From: Caecitellus pseudoparvulus
Lineage: Eukaryota > Protista > Bigyra: Bicosoecida
Reading direction: 5' to 3'
Assembly (NCBI GenBank): GCA_965644315.1
Contig: CBFFRQ010000061.1
Coordinates: 79,114 to 143,113 of the forward strand
DNA length: 64,000 bases
How positions within the stretch are numbered: position 1 is the first letter of the stretch; each line of letters begins with the position of its first letter. A program made the translations under genes and the position numbers. The notes under the pieces were generated by a model. That model ran no database searches, was not told the origin of the DNA, and saw only the letters and a program-made list of their open reading frames with translations. Of this stretch, positions 11,574-21,846 are shown piece after piece.

Positions 11574-12318
11574 ATCTTGGCTGCAGAGCGCCTTTCTGCT
11601 CCCTAGGGTCTGCCAGTGGCGGTGCACCTGAACCGAGCTCTCTGCCGTGTGCTTGGGCTGCAGCGCTTCAAGCCCGAGTGATCAGCGCTCCGCCCTTCAA
11701 ACGGGTTGCAATCGTACGTTATGTCGTGCACAAGGGGGAAGATGGAAATGTTTACCGTTCCAGTGGGTTCCCTGAGTGCTGTGCTGGTCTGGAGATTAGA
11801 CATAGATCATCACCCAGACTCTTGAGCAGTCTGTGAACACTCGACAGAAGCAGAAAAACACAAGAAAGCAGGTACCCAATGCAATTGAATCATTATTGAA
11901 GTGCTGTTTCGCACTGACAGACTCCCCATTCGCCCACCCTGTGAATGTGAAGCGTTGCACGGGTTTGCAGCTGATCTTGACCTTCCGTAACTGCAGGACT
12001 CCAGCTCTGAGAAGCCTGAGTGGCTGACTTGAGAGCTCAGCAGGCTCCATGGATTCAAAGAAAGACAAGGCTAACAGGGAGGCTGTTGAGCGCCTAAAAG
12101 CTGGCATTCCACGGTACAATCCTCGCAAGTGCGTCTGCGAAACGCGGATGAAACGCGCATTCATGGACTGCACCTACGCCCGACTCTCTGCGCACCGCGG
12201 CACAGGGCCGCGAGCCTTCTGCCCTCCACATACACGGCATCAAGTAAGCTTGTGCAGTGCTGCGCTTGCAGGGCAGAGTGGAACTGCTTTTTCGCTTTGC
12301 CTCCTCGTAGCGCCACGA

Positions 12319-13914
12319 ATGGCCGAGCAGGGAGACGGGTTGGATGACGAGCGCCGCATGTTTGCCGAGGTAAGTCACGGCCCGCACGGTGTCAGCAGCG
12401 CTCCGCATTTGAATCCACGCGTGTGACATGCTGCACGTTCGCAGTTGGGCGGGGTGAAGGGCTTGTCTCGAGCCTCTGGTGCTGAGCGAGCCATGCGAGG
12501 TGTGGCCACGAAGCCAACTTCCAAGCCGCCCAGCACCGGTACCAGCGCAGAGGGCGGCGCAGGGGAGCTGCTCACTGCCATGGCAGGGCGCCTGCGCACC
12601 CTGGAAGCCGCACAGCGGTCCATGCGGGATGCACTTGTGGCCAAGGACCAGCAGCTCATCCGCATGCGGCGCCAGCTGCGAGCGGCAACGGCTGCCCTTG
12701 CAGATGCAGGGGGGGACAAGCAAGGAGCCGAGGCGCATGCGGCGCTGGAGGCAGAGAACTGCCGGCTGAAGTCGCAGCTGGCTGAGATGGAGACGTTTCT
12801 GAACGACTATGGCTTGGTGTGGGTGGGCTCGTCAGCCACGGGCGGCGAAGCGACTCCCACAGCTGCAGGGCAGGGAGCGTCCACCGGCATCCAGCCAGGC
12901 GGGGCTGACAACGCAGCTGTCGTGGGCCGCGTGAGGGAGCTGAATGAGTTGGCAGGGGGCGCGGGCAAGCGGGTCGTGAAGCGTGGCGGTGCGGCGCGCT
13001 TTGAGGAAGCGGAAAAAGTGAAGCTGACGCTGTTCGCAAACGGTTTCATGCTGCGCCGGGGGCCATTCCGGCTGTATGACACGGACGAGGCACAGGCGTT
13101 TTTCAAGGACGTCTTGGACGGGTACTTCCCCTTCGAGATGCGGGAGCACCACCCCAACGGCGTCGTGTTTGACCTGGTGAACAAGCCTGGTGAGCAGCAC
13201 ACAGCGGGGGCCGGCGGTGAAAGTGACGCGCGGGGAGACATGCCAGGCAAAGGGCGGCGCCTGCAGGACGGCCCAACCGCTGCCGGGCTTGCCGCACACG
13301 GCGGCACACACATCGCAGTGGATGCCCCTGGCCAGGGTGGCAGGTTTGCAGCCAGTACGCCGGGGGTGACGGCAGGCGGGGGGGGAGGGGGCGGAGACAC
13401 CATGTCAGCTGACGCGCTGGTGAAGGCGCTGCCCCCCTCCGTTGTGCGGAATGGGAAGGTGATCGCTGTGCGGGATGGCGTGGCGGCAATGCTGCGCGGG
13501 GCGCTGGCCTCCGACCGACCTGACATCGTGCTGGTGCAGACCCCCGTGGCACGTGAGCTGGCGTCAGGGCACGGTTCGCGGCCAGAGCTGGGCGGAACGG
13601 GGGGGCTGGATGGTAGCGGTGAGCTGGCACCGTCCATTGCGCCAGCCGACGTGACGACACTGCAGGTGAAGAGTGACAGTGGGCGCCAGACGCTGCTGCT
13701 GAAGTTTCACTTCCACGACACAGTGGGCGATGTGTACGACTACGTGGACCTGCACCGCACAAAGGACAGTGCCTACGTCCTGCGCACGGCCTTCCCGCCG
13801 GCTGCGCTCACAGACCGCTCTGTGACGTTGGAAGAGGCTGGTCTGGTGCCAAACGCTGTGCTGCGCATTGCACCTCACGCTTCGCAGGAAGGCGCCAGCG
13901 ACAGCAAGAAGTAG
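12319..13914 (+). CDS. UBXN11: UBX domain-containing protein 11 (coiled coil + SEP + UBX), p97 cofactor
   Basis: Exon 12319-12369, intron 12370-12444 (GTAAGT...CGCAG), exon 12445-13914. Signature 'EMETFLNDYGLVWVG', SEP domain 'LTLFANGF...GPFRLY...FFKDVLDGYFP', UBX domain 'LRTAFPP...TLEEAGLVPNAVL'. Confidence 0.88.
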
Positions 13915-14469
13915 TGCGAGAGGTTCGAGAGCTGTGTGTTTCGTGGTGTTGGTGCGGTTGGCTACGCCGCAGTCCGGCTTGGCGTGAGGCCAGTGTTGCT
14001 TGGGAGCGCGAGCCGACACCAGTGGATTGGAGCCAGTGCCTGCGCAAGGCGGGGTGTAGGCTGGCATGCACGCCGCGCCTGCAGCTGGCAGGCGCTTCCA
14101 GAGCAATCGTGCACGCACCCTCTACCTGCAATGCATACAAATTTCGCCAGACTCATCGTGAACTTGAGTGCGCTGAACCAGGGGCGCTGCAATCGCGAGC
14201 TTCCCTGCGACGCCTTGCGTCACGCTGTGCACCTCAACACCCCGACGTGGAGGACGGCAGGTGTCCATGTTGAGCGCAGGGCAGCCCGCCAGAGCTTCAG
14301 CCGTGCACCATTCTCTACCCGTTTGCAGTCTGCAGGCTTGCAACCTCCAAAGCTGTGTCCTCGACCAAGAGGGCAGCGCCGGCTGGAAGCGTTTCACACC
14401 CATTGCAGCTCGGGCTGAAACGCCGCAGGCGACTCAGCTCCGGCCCAGTGCACTGAACGACGACCAGCC

Positions 14470-17400
14470 ATGGCAAGTCGGCGACGAAGTTCAATCTTTG
14501 ATCCCTCCACCCCCCGCATGCGTGTGTCAGCCAGCCCCTCCCGGCGTCGAGCCACCTCTCGACAGAGCATCAGCGTCGCGCTGGGCGCCTTCGCGGCTGC
14601 AGGCGCCAAGCCGCTGGCCTCGGGCCCCTCCTTGCCAGCTGCAGGCTCAACTGGCAGTCATCGCAATCGGCCACTGCATGGCAGCTCCGGCCCCTCCTCC
14701 TCCCCCGCGCATGGCCGAAGTGGCCCCGCGCTCACGTCAACCCCCAGCATGCGGCCCAAGGTGGGTTTGCCAGGCCAAGCAGACCGCGTGCTGAAGCGCG
14801 CTCGCTGCGGCAGTGTCGTGCCACAGACCTTTACAGCTCGCCTGGCAGAGGCCCAGGCTAAGCCCGCAGCCGCCTACACAGCCCCACGGGCGACAGCTGA
14901 GCGCATCGGCAAGCGGCTGAGTCACGTCATGCGCCTGGCCAGCGCCAGCATCTATCGCAAGGCGTCCCTTACAGACGCCGATGCCGAAGAACGTGGCCTG
15001 GCCGATGCCCAGACGTCCTTCACACTGAAAGCACTCGGGCCGGGTCAACTGCGATGGCTGGTGCAGGAGATCGTGCTGAATGACGAGATCGGCGTCATGA
15101 CGCTGCTGGGCGAAACGCAGTGCCTGGTGGAACGCCTTTTCGGTGCCGTCGGACAGGGCCTCCTACCGGTGGACGAGCAGTGTGATCGCTTCGACTTTGG
15201 GCTGGAGCTGGCCGCTGCCGGCGGCTGGACGGGGGTGCTGCGCTCTGTGGACGACCCGGCACACTCCCAGTGGTGGTTCACGTGGCAGAACAACATGCGC
15301 AACGCAGCGCTCATTGCTGCCGAAGCGGCAGAGGAAGCTGGCCCTGCCCCATCCAAAGCCCAGGATGCACTGAGCACCCTGTCTGGTGCCACTGGCAGCA
15401 GCGACGGCAGTGCCGGCAGCTCTTCGCCGCAACTGCGCGGCAAGAGTGTGGGACGCATGCCCAAGTCCCTCGCTCGGTTCGACTCGTCGCGCTCCATTCT
15501 GAGCTCTGACGGGAAGGACGGAGGTGCCGCGCCCTCCGACCAGCCTGCCCCTCTGGCAAAGCTCCTCCCAGGCAAAGTGTACTCACTGGTGCCTGCCTGG
15601 CAAGAGTACACAACAGAGCATGGAGCCAACGCGCTGTCCTCGCCAGGACTGCTCTTCACCACCTTCACCGCGTACTTTGCGCCTGACCTGGCAGAGGCTC
15701 TCTTCCCGGCCCGGCCGGGCACTGTTGCCGCCTGCGCCTGCAACCGAACTTGCCCGGCAGCAGCCCTCGCGTGGCTGCTGGGAGGCTGCCACGTGGACGG
15801 CTGGGCGTCGCCTGCACTGTCTCCGTTCCACTGTGTCGTGTCGCTGTGGCGAGGCGCCTGTGCCTGCTGTGCCCCCTCGCGCTGCAACGTCTCCTGCGGC
15901 AACCCCGCCCTGGCCCTGCGCCCTCGGTACTCCCGACCGGGGGAGGGGGGTGGCGAAGCAGCCCGCATTGCACTGCTGCAGGCCGCGGTGGCAGCCAAGC
16001 TCCCGGCGACGCCGAGTGCTTCCTTCTTGGCCACCCACAATGGCCTCAATGCGCCCCACTCCGAGGCGGGCGATCAGGACAAGGATGAGAAGCAGGACGC
16101 AGGTGGGCTGTCTACCCTCGCCGAGGTGGCGGAGGAAGGTGACGCAGACGACACGGCAGCCTTGCCCCTGGGGCCATTGCCCACAGACGCGCCAGCTGTG
16201 CAGCTGCAGCCGCCACCCGGCGCCACTCTTGCGCGTTGGGCGGGTCTGTGGTGCTTCCTCATGTTCACCATCGCCACCCTTGCGTTCGCGCTGACACAGT
16301 ACCCGGCCCAGCTTGACGCGATCCCAGCCGATGTGTACCTCACCCGCACCGACCGGAGAGCGCAGGCAGCCAACCAAACAACTCCAGATGCCCAGCTCGG
16401 GCCTGGGGCTGACCTGCAGCAGCCGCACTCCCCCCTGCAGGCCTACCTCACCTCCCTCACAGGCATCGCGACTCTCATCCGCTCCTGCATCGTCATGTTC
16501 GGCGTCGTGCTGAGCCTGGACGCACCCATGGTGCTGGTGTCCTCTGCGTACTCCCACCCTCGGCTCCCACTGCGCCTCGCCTGCTTCGGCCACATCACCA
16601 AGGCACTCCTGGCGACAGCGCTTGTCGTGGTGCTGCCGTGGCTGGCCCTCACTAATGATGCAGTGGGAGATGCCTTGCCCGATGCTATGGGCGGGCTCAT
16701 CCTTATCCTGCCCTTTGTCCTGCCAGGCGTGGGGCAGGCGCTGCGCACGGTGCTGTATGCGCTGTCTCCATGGTGCAGCGTGGCAGGCGTCGGCTCACCC
16801 AGCTGCTGGCGCCAGGGCCGCCTGTGCCTGTCTGGGCAAGGGGCCATGCACTCAGGGCTGTTCTGCCACAGCAGCCCGTGCCTCTGCTGCGCCTGTGGTT
16901 GCTTCCCAGGTGGGGATGAGGACACCGCCGCCTGCTGCTGTGGGCCCTGTTTGGGGTGTGCGCAGGGCAACACCTCCTCTGCTAGGCGCGTGCGTGTGCA
17001 GTCTTTCTCTGCAAAAAAGTCAGGCCAGCGCGTTAACAAGGCAGAGGCCCTGCGGAGCAGCAGGCCGCGCACATCGTTGAAGGGAGCCCGCACGCAAGTT
17101 GGTTCTGCCTCCGCTGTCACGTGGGCCTTGGATGCCCACCTAGTGACGCCCTCCCCGACCCAAGGCGTGGAAATGGCGCCTTGTTCCCGCAAATCACGCA
17201 GCAGCCAGATGTCGGATGTGCCCATGCGCCGAGATGGGCAGGGGCCTGACCGCGCCGCCAGTCGCGCGAGTCGAGCTGTGGCGAACCCGCTGCACGCCGC
17301 AAGGGGGGGTGCGCCTGGCCTCCGAGGGGGGCTCAAAGGGGGTGGCCGCAGCAGCAGTCCTCGCCGGCGCCGCAGCTCAGTCAGCGAGCCACCCCACATG

Positions 17401-20400
17401 CGGCACGGTGCCACGCGCACGTCCACTGTAGTGGCGCATGGCTCCCCCCTGCCTAGCAGCTCTGGGGACGGTGACAGGAAGGAGACACCTGCTGCTGCAC
17501 CGACGAACACGCAGAGCAGGCGCGCTCGCTTTGCTGCCGCCGCCAGCAGTGCCCCGGCAGAGCACTCTGACACGCCCAAGCGAGGGAGCCAGAGCGGCCA
17601 AATGCTGCGCACAGCCATGTCCAAGAGCCGTCGGTACTTGTTCGGGGCCACTGTCGACGAAGAAGCCAAGGCGTATGCCAAGCGCGAACGCCGAGACAAG
17701 GCACACATGACTGCCGTGTCCATGCGACACCTGCCCCTGGGTGGGGGCAAGCGTGCTTCCATCCGCATGACAGAGAGCATCGCCGCCATCAAGGGCGTCC
17801 TGACAGAGTTTGGGCTGCATGCGCTCAACGCTGTGGCCACACACGAACGCCTCGTCGCCCGCCGCCTGGTGGTGTGCCTGCTGCTCATGGTAGGCATCGC
17901 ATGCCATGCAGTCGCCTCCATCTACCTGCCACAGCTGGCAGTGCGCGAGAAGAACACGCCTCAGGCCCAAATCGGCCTGTTCTGTGTGTACAAGGCCGTG
18001 TGTCTCGCGCTGTTCCACTTGCTCATCACCGTCCTGCCCTGGTACGCCCGCACTGGCATGGCTGGGCCGCCACGCTCATCAACTGCGTCCATCCTCGGAA
18101 CAACAGCTGGTGCCTGCCTCCGGTGCTGCTCCGCCGTTGCCTGCTTTGAAGAGCAGGAAGGGGGCGTCAACCGGCCTCGAGCAGAGTCCGCGCCAGGTGT
18201 GCGCCGGCGAGTGCAACCAGGTGCCCTGTCAAGCTCCCCTGCTCAAGTGTGTGCCAGGCGGACATGTGGGGGCATTTGCTTTGGTTGTGCCCCCCGCAGC
18301 ATCCCCGCCTGGAACATTGACGCCCAGTGGCTAGGGGTGCTGCTGTGGCCGGTGAATTTCAGAGCATTCTACGGCTCAAGTGGCCGCTTGGAGGCGCTGT
18401 CATCCTTGGTGCCTGACCCCTGGTTCAACACGGCAGTCATCACGTACACTTCCTTCCTGCTACACCTCTTGGAAACCCTTGGCTTCCTCAGCATGACGCC
18501 TGACATTGCCTCCAACGGCACCTTTGCTGCCGTCCTGATCATCGAGCTGCTGTCCTTGGGTGTTGTGCACTTTTCCTGGCTGCAGGTGTCCTGGCGTGAC
18601 GTGTTCATCTACGGACACTCGTGGTACGGGCTGGTGTTGAAGGCGCAGGATGACCAGTACATGCGCGATCCGTCCGATGAGGGGCACGACACGTGCTCCT
18701 TCGTCGGCCCCTTCCTGCGCCGCATCGCCATGGTGCTGGCCATGACCCCTCGCATGGCAGACCTGGAGCTGTGGACTGTCTTGGCTGATGTGTCGGCAGA
18801 GGTGGACACAGATGCCCTCGGTGCCATGAACGCGTGGGTGCAGCACCAAGGTGCAGCCGCTACACGCCTGGCAGTCGGCGTGCCTGCCAGTGCACCCCAG
18901 CACGCCACCGCTGTCTCTGCGGGCGATGATTCAGTGCAAGTGCGTGTTCCGTATGTGCCACCACTGCCATCCAGGCGGCAGCAGATGTTCTGCTGCGGCT
19001 GCTGTGCCTGTCCACGTGCCGTGCAGCAGACCTGTGGCCGGCCAGCGTATGCGACGGAGGCCGAAGCCACCGCCGCAGAACATGACGCACTGGTGAAGAG
19101 TGTGGGGGAAGCAGATGTTATTTCTGCCATGTGGCGGGCGGCAGTGTCTGGCGCAGCGCGTGGCGGGCGCCTGGCAGCAGCACGGTGCGTGCAAATGCTC
19201 GCCGCGGGCGACGGCACAGAGCTGAACTTGGCAGAGCTGTTTGACGGTGACCCGCCCAAAGTCGGCGGCGGCACCCTACAGCGAGATCGATCTTGCACAA
19301 GCTCCAGTCTGAGCGAGGGCTGGGTGGTGGACGAGGACGGCAAGGCAGGGTTGGGCCTGTGGTCCCCCAGGGCGGGTACGATGCAGACGCCCACACGGGC
19401 GCTGCGACTGAGCCAAGAGGAGGGTGTTCTTCCCATTGACCCCGTAGACCACGCACAGACACCGCCCGAGCAAGCACCCGCTGCTGCATCCCAACCTGCA
19501 GCTGACCGTCGGACCCGCGCTCGGACAGCCAGCCAGCGCAAGCTGGACTCTCCCTCTGAGGGGGATGAGGCAGTCAACAGCGACTCCTCACCTGACTCCC
19601 CCAGTGACTCTAAAGAGAGCGTGTCCAGTTCCAATCCGCTCGTCGTGGCCACGCCTTCTGAGACGGCTGACGAGGTGCCAGAGAGCACTGTTGTGAACCC
19701 CTTGGCGGCAGCCTCCACAACTTCCAGTGGTGGCTTGGAAGGCAGTGCGGATGGACCTGCTCCCGCTGGTGACAGCAAAAAAACACCGCCCACCGACGCC
19801 GCGGCTGCCACTGCGGACTCCCACTCCAGCGCCCCTCAACCTGGAGATGGCATGCAGCTCAATCCCATGGCTGCGGCACTGCGGAAAGCAAGGAAGGGCA
19901 GCGCCGCTGGCGACGCAGGGGCAGCTGCAGCATCGCCGAGCGCTGGCGAGACGCCTGCTGCGCCAAGTGAGGATGAGGGTCTCGGCAAGCACCACGATGA
20001 CACCAAGCGCATGCGAGGCATGAAACTCTTCGCACGGGCGGCGTCTTCTCGCGGCCGGGGCCGAGGCCGGCGCCGCCGTGCGAGCTTGGCTGTCACCACC
20101 GCCCAGAATGGTGCAACCAGTGCCAGCACGCCCCGACTGGTGCTGGAGGGTGGCGAGGGGGGGCCACGACGCAGCTTCGACGGGGGGCAGGCAGATGCTG
20201 CCTTTCTGAAGCAAGTAGACGCCATGCGCCGAACGGAACGGAGCAAGCGGGACAGCTCCGCCCTGCTCTCGACCCCCATGGGCGGCGGCATGGACTTGGT
20301 GGGGCATGAGGAGCGCCGAGCCGCCCCTGCACCCACCAGGACCAGACCACAGGGGAGGCAAGCCTCGCGCCAGCAGCAGGCACCTCTCAAACAGCAGGCT

Positions 20401-21840
20401 CCTCTCCAACAGCAAGCGCCTCGCCAGCGCCGGGCCTCCGTTCTCATGCGAGCTGCAGTGGCCCACAAGCGATCTGCACCTCCGTTGTCAGGTGGGCCTC
20501 CGGACGAGGCTCCCCCTCCGGAAGCAGCGCCCACTCCAGGCAGCGCCAGCAAACCCAGCAACAAGAGCCACAAGTACCGTCTGTCTGCTCTAGCACCACC
20601 TCCGCAACCCAGGGACGGCTGTGAGCCTGGGGCGGGGCCCAGTACCCCACACAGCCTGATGGTGGGTGCCGCGCTTGCGCGTGTTCCAGAGGGCTTTGAC
20701 TCCGACTCGTCTGACAGCTCAGACTCCCCCAACTCAGACACGCGCGGCAAGGCAACCGCCCCGACAGTGGAAGATGAGGGGGGGAAGCCACGCGCCAGCC
20801 CCCCTCCCCCTCCTTCCCGTGGAGACGGTGCCGCTCACATGGCTGCATTGGCTGCACGGCACGGCAGAGCGCCACCGGCGGCGCCGAGCCGAACAGGAGC
20901 TCACACAGCCAAGCAGGGCGTGGTGACACGCGCAGCCTCGCCTGGCGGCGCCTCCCGCGCCCCTCCCCACATGCGCAGCAGCTCCGCGGACAGGTTCTCC
21001 AGAGTGCGTGCCGGCTCAGCTGCGGCACGGGCATCGTACATGGCCCCAGTGTCTGCTATCATGCCGTCTCCCCACAGTGGCGCTCGTCGCAGCAAGGGCA
21101 GGACTTCCATCCTGCCCACCTCCAGAGGCAAGCGCCAGTCTGTGCGCCCCTCGCTGCGGGGAGCTGCAGGGGTGGGAGGCAGGACCCCCAAGCGTGAGGA
21201 GGATGCAGGTTCGCCGTCTGAGCGGGAGCTGGTGACGATCCGGGTTGCGCCGCCGCCTGACGCGACCGCTGGTGCGGCTGCGGCACGTGATCGGCGCCGG
21301 GTGTCCACGCACGAGGCGCCCCCCCACGATGCGCAAGGATCGGTGGATGCCGCGCTGCAGAGCGCAGTGGACGCCCAAGGGCAGCACTTTCATTTTTCTC
21401 GCTTCCTGTCGTCCATGGGCGCGGAGCAACGGCACTCACTCATCTTGCAAGCCTGGGCACTGGCACAAGCCCAGCAAACGCTGCTGGGCTGCCTGGCAAT
21501 CACGCTTGTGCCGACGGTGTTCATTGTCACGCTCGGACTCATGTTGCTCAGCGACAACAAGCACGTCTTCTCCTTCAGAGCTGCAGAGCTTTCCCAGGTG
21601 GAGAACGGCTTTTGGTACTGCGGCATCAGCCTCGCCGCATACTGCATCGTCGCCCTCATCTTCGCCAGCCGACTGCACTCCCGCTTCAACCTGCAGATCT
21701 CAGGGCAAGTTTCAGCACTGCTCAGTGCCCGCCACCTCATCATCATCACATGGACATTCCTCTTCCTCTTCGCTGTGCATTACCTTGTGCAGCGGTCGCC
21801 AGCCAGCATTCTGCCGTGGGCTGAGCGGACTGCCAGCTGA
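14470..21840 (+). CDS. 2456-aa multi-pass membrane protein of unknown function with large low-complexity and Cys-rich insertions
   Basis: Uninterrupted 7.4-kb ORF. About 11 hydrophobic segments occur in clusters (e.g. 'WAGLWCFLMFTIATLAFAL', 'LVVCLLLMVGIACHAVASIYLP', 'LIIITWTFLFLFAVHYLV'), separated by S/A/P/R-rich linkers. Confidence 0.75.
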   Translation: MASRRRSSIFDPSTPRMRVSASPSRRRATSRQSISVALGAFAAAGAKPLASGPSLPAAGSTGSHRNRPLHGSSGPSSSPAHGRSGPALTSTPSMRPKVGLPGQADRVLKRARCGSVVPQTFTARLAEAQAKPAAAYTAPRATAERIGKRLSHVMRLASASIYRKASLTDADAEERGLADAQTSFTLKALGPGQLRWLVQEIVLNDEIGVMTLLGETQCLVERLFGAVGQGLLPVDEQCDRFDFGLELAAAGGWTGVLRSVDDPAHSQWWFTWQNNMRNAALIAAEAAEEAGPAPSKAQDALSTLSGATGSSDGSAGSSSPQLRGKSVGRMPKSLARFDSSRSILSSDGKDGGAAPSDQPAPLAKLLPGKVYSLVPAWQEYTTEHGANALSSPGLLFTTFTAYFAPDLAEALFPARPGTVAACACNRTCPAAALAWLLGGCHVDGWASPALSPFHCVVSLWRGACACCAPSRCNVSCGNPALALRPRYSRPGEGGGEAARIALLQAAVAAKLPATPSASFLATHNGLNAPHSEAGDQDKDEKQDAGGLSTLAEVAEEGDADDTAALPLGPLPTDAPAVQLQPPPGATLARWAGLWCFLMFTIATLAFALTQYPAQLDAIPADVYLTRTDRRAQAANQTTPDAQLGPGADLQQPHSPLQAYLTSLTGIATLIRSCIVMFGVVLSLDAPMVLVSSAYSHPRLPLRLACFGHITKALLATALVVVLPWLALTNDAVGDALPDAMGGLILILPFVLPGVGQALRTVLYALSPWCSVAGVGSPSCWRQGRLCLSGQGAMHSGLFCHSSPCLCCACGCFPGGDEDTAACCCGPCLGCAQGNTSSARRVRVQSFSAKKSGQRVNKAEALRSSRPRTSLKGARTQVGSASAVTWALDAHLVTPSPTQGVEMAPCSRKSRSSQMSDVPMRRDGQGPDRAASRASRAVANPLHAARGGAPGLRGGLKGGGRSSSPRRRRSSVSEPPHMRHGATRTSTVVAHGSPLPSSSGDGDRKETPAAAPTNTQSRRARFAAAASSAPAEHSDTPKRGSQSGQMLRTAMSKSRRYLFGATVDEEAKAYAKRERRDKAHMTAVSMRHLPLGGGKRASIRMTESIAAIKGVLTEFGLHALNAVATHERLVARRLVVCLLLMVGIACHAVASIYLPQLAVREKNTPQAQIGLFCVYKAVCLALFHLLITVLPWYARTGMAGPPRSSTASILGTTAGACLRCCSAVACFEEQEGGVNRPRAESAPGVRRRVQPGALSSSPAQVCARRTCGGICFGCAPRSIPAWNIDAQWLGVLLWPVNFRAFYGSSGRLEALSSLVPDPWFNTAVITYTSFLLHLLETLGFLSMTPDIASNGTFAAVLIIELLSLGVVHFSWLQVSWRDVFIYGHSWYGLVLKAQDDQYMRDPSDEGHDTCSFVGPFLRRIAMVLAMTPRMADLELWTVLADVSAEVDTDALGAMNAWVQHQGAAATRLAVGVPASAPQHATAVSAGDDSVQVRVPYVPPLPSRRQQMFCCGCCACPRAVQQTCGRPAYATEAEATAAEHDALVKSVGEADVISAMWRAAVSGAARGGRLAAARCVQMLAAGDGTELNLAELFDGDPPKVGGGTLQRDRSCTSSSLSEGWVVDEDGKAGLGLWSPRAGTMQTPTRALRLSQEEGVLPIDPVDHAQTPPEQAPAAASQPAADRRTRARTASQRKLDSPSEGDEAVNSDSSPDSPSDSKESVSSSNPLVVATPSETADEVPESTVVNPLAAASTTSSGGLEGSADGPAPAGDSKKTPPTDAAAATADSHSSAPQPGDGMQLNPMAAALRKARKGSAAGDAGAAAASPSAGETPAAPSEDEGLGKHHDDTKRMRGMKLFARAASSRGRGRGRRRRASLAVTTAQNGATSASTPRLVLEGGEGGPRRSFDGGQADAAFLKQVDAMRRTERSKRDSSALLSTPMGGGMDLVGHEERRAAPAPTRTRPQGRQASRQQQAPLKQQAPLQQQAPRQRRASVLMRAAVAHKRSAPPLSGGPPDEAPPPEAAPTPGSASKPSNKSHKYRLSALAPPPQPRDGCEPGAGPSTPHSLMVGAALARVPEGFDSDSSDSSDSPNSDTRGKATAPTVEDEGGKPRASPPPPPSRGDGAAHMAALAARHGRAPPAAPSRTGAHTAKQGVVTRAASPGGASRAPPHMRSSSADRFSRVRAGSAAARASYMAPVSAIMPSPHSGARRSKGRTSILPTSRGKRQSVRPSLRGAAGVGGRTPKREEDAGSPSERELVTIRVAPPPDATAGAAAARDRRRVSTHEAPPHDAQGSVDAALQSAVDAQGQHFHFSRFLSSMGAEQRHSLILQAWALAQAQQTLLGCLAITLVPTVFIVTLGLMLLSDNKHVFSFRAAELSQVENGFWYCGISLAAYCIVALIFASRLHSRFNLQISGQVSALLSARHLIIITWTFLFLFAVHYLVQRSPASILPWAERTAS

Positions 21841-21846
21841 GGCGGC

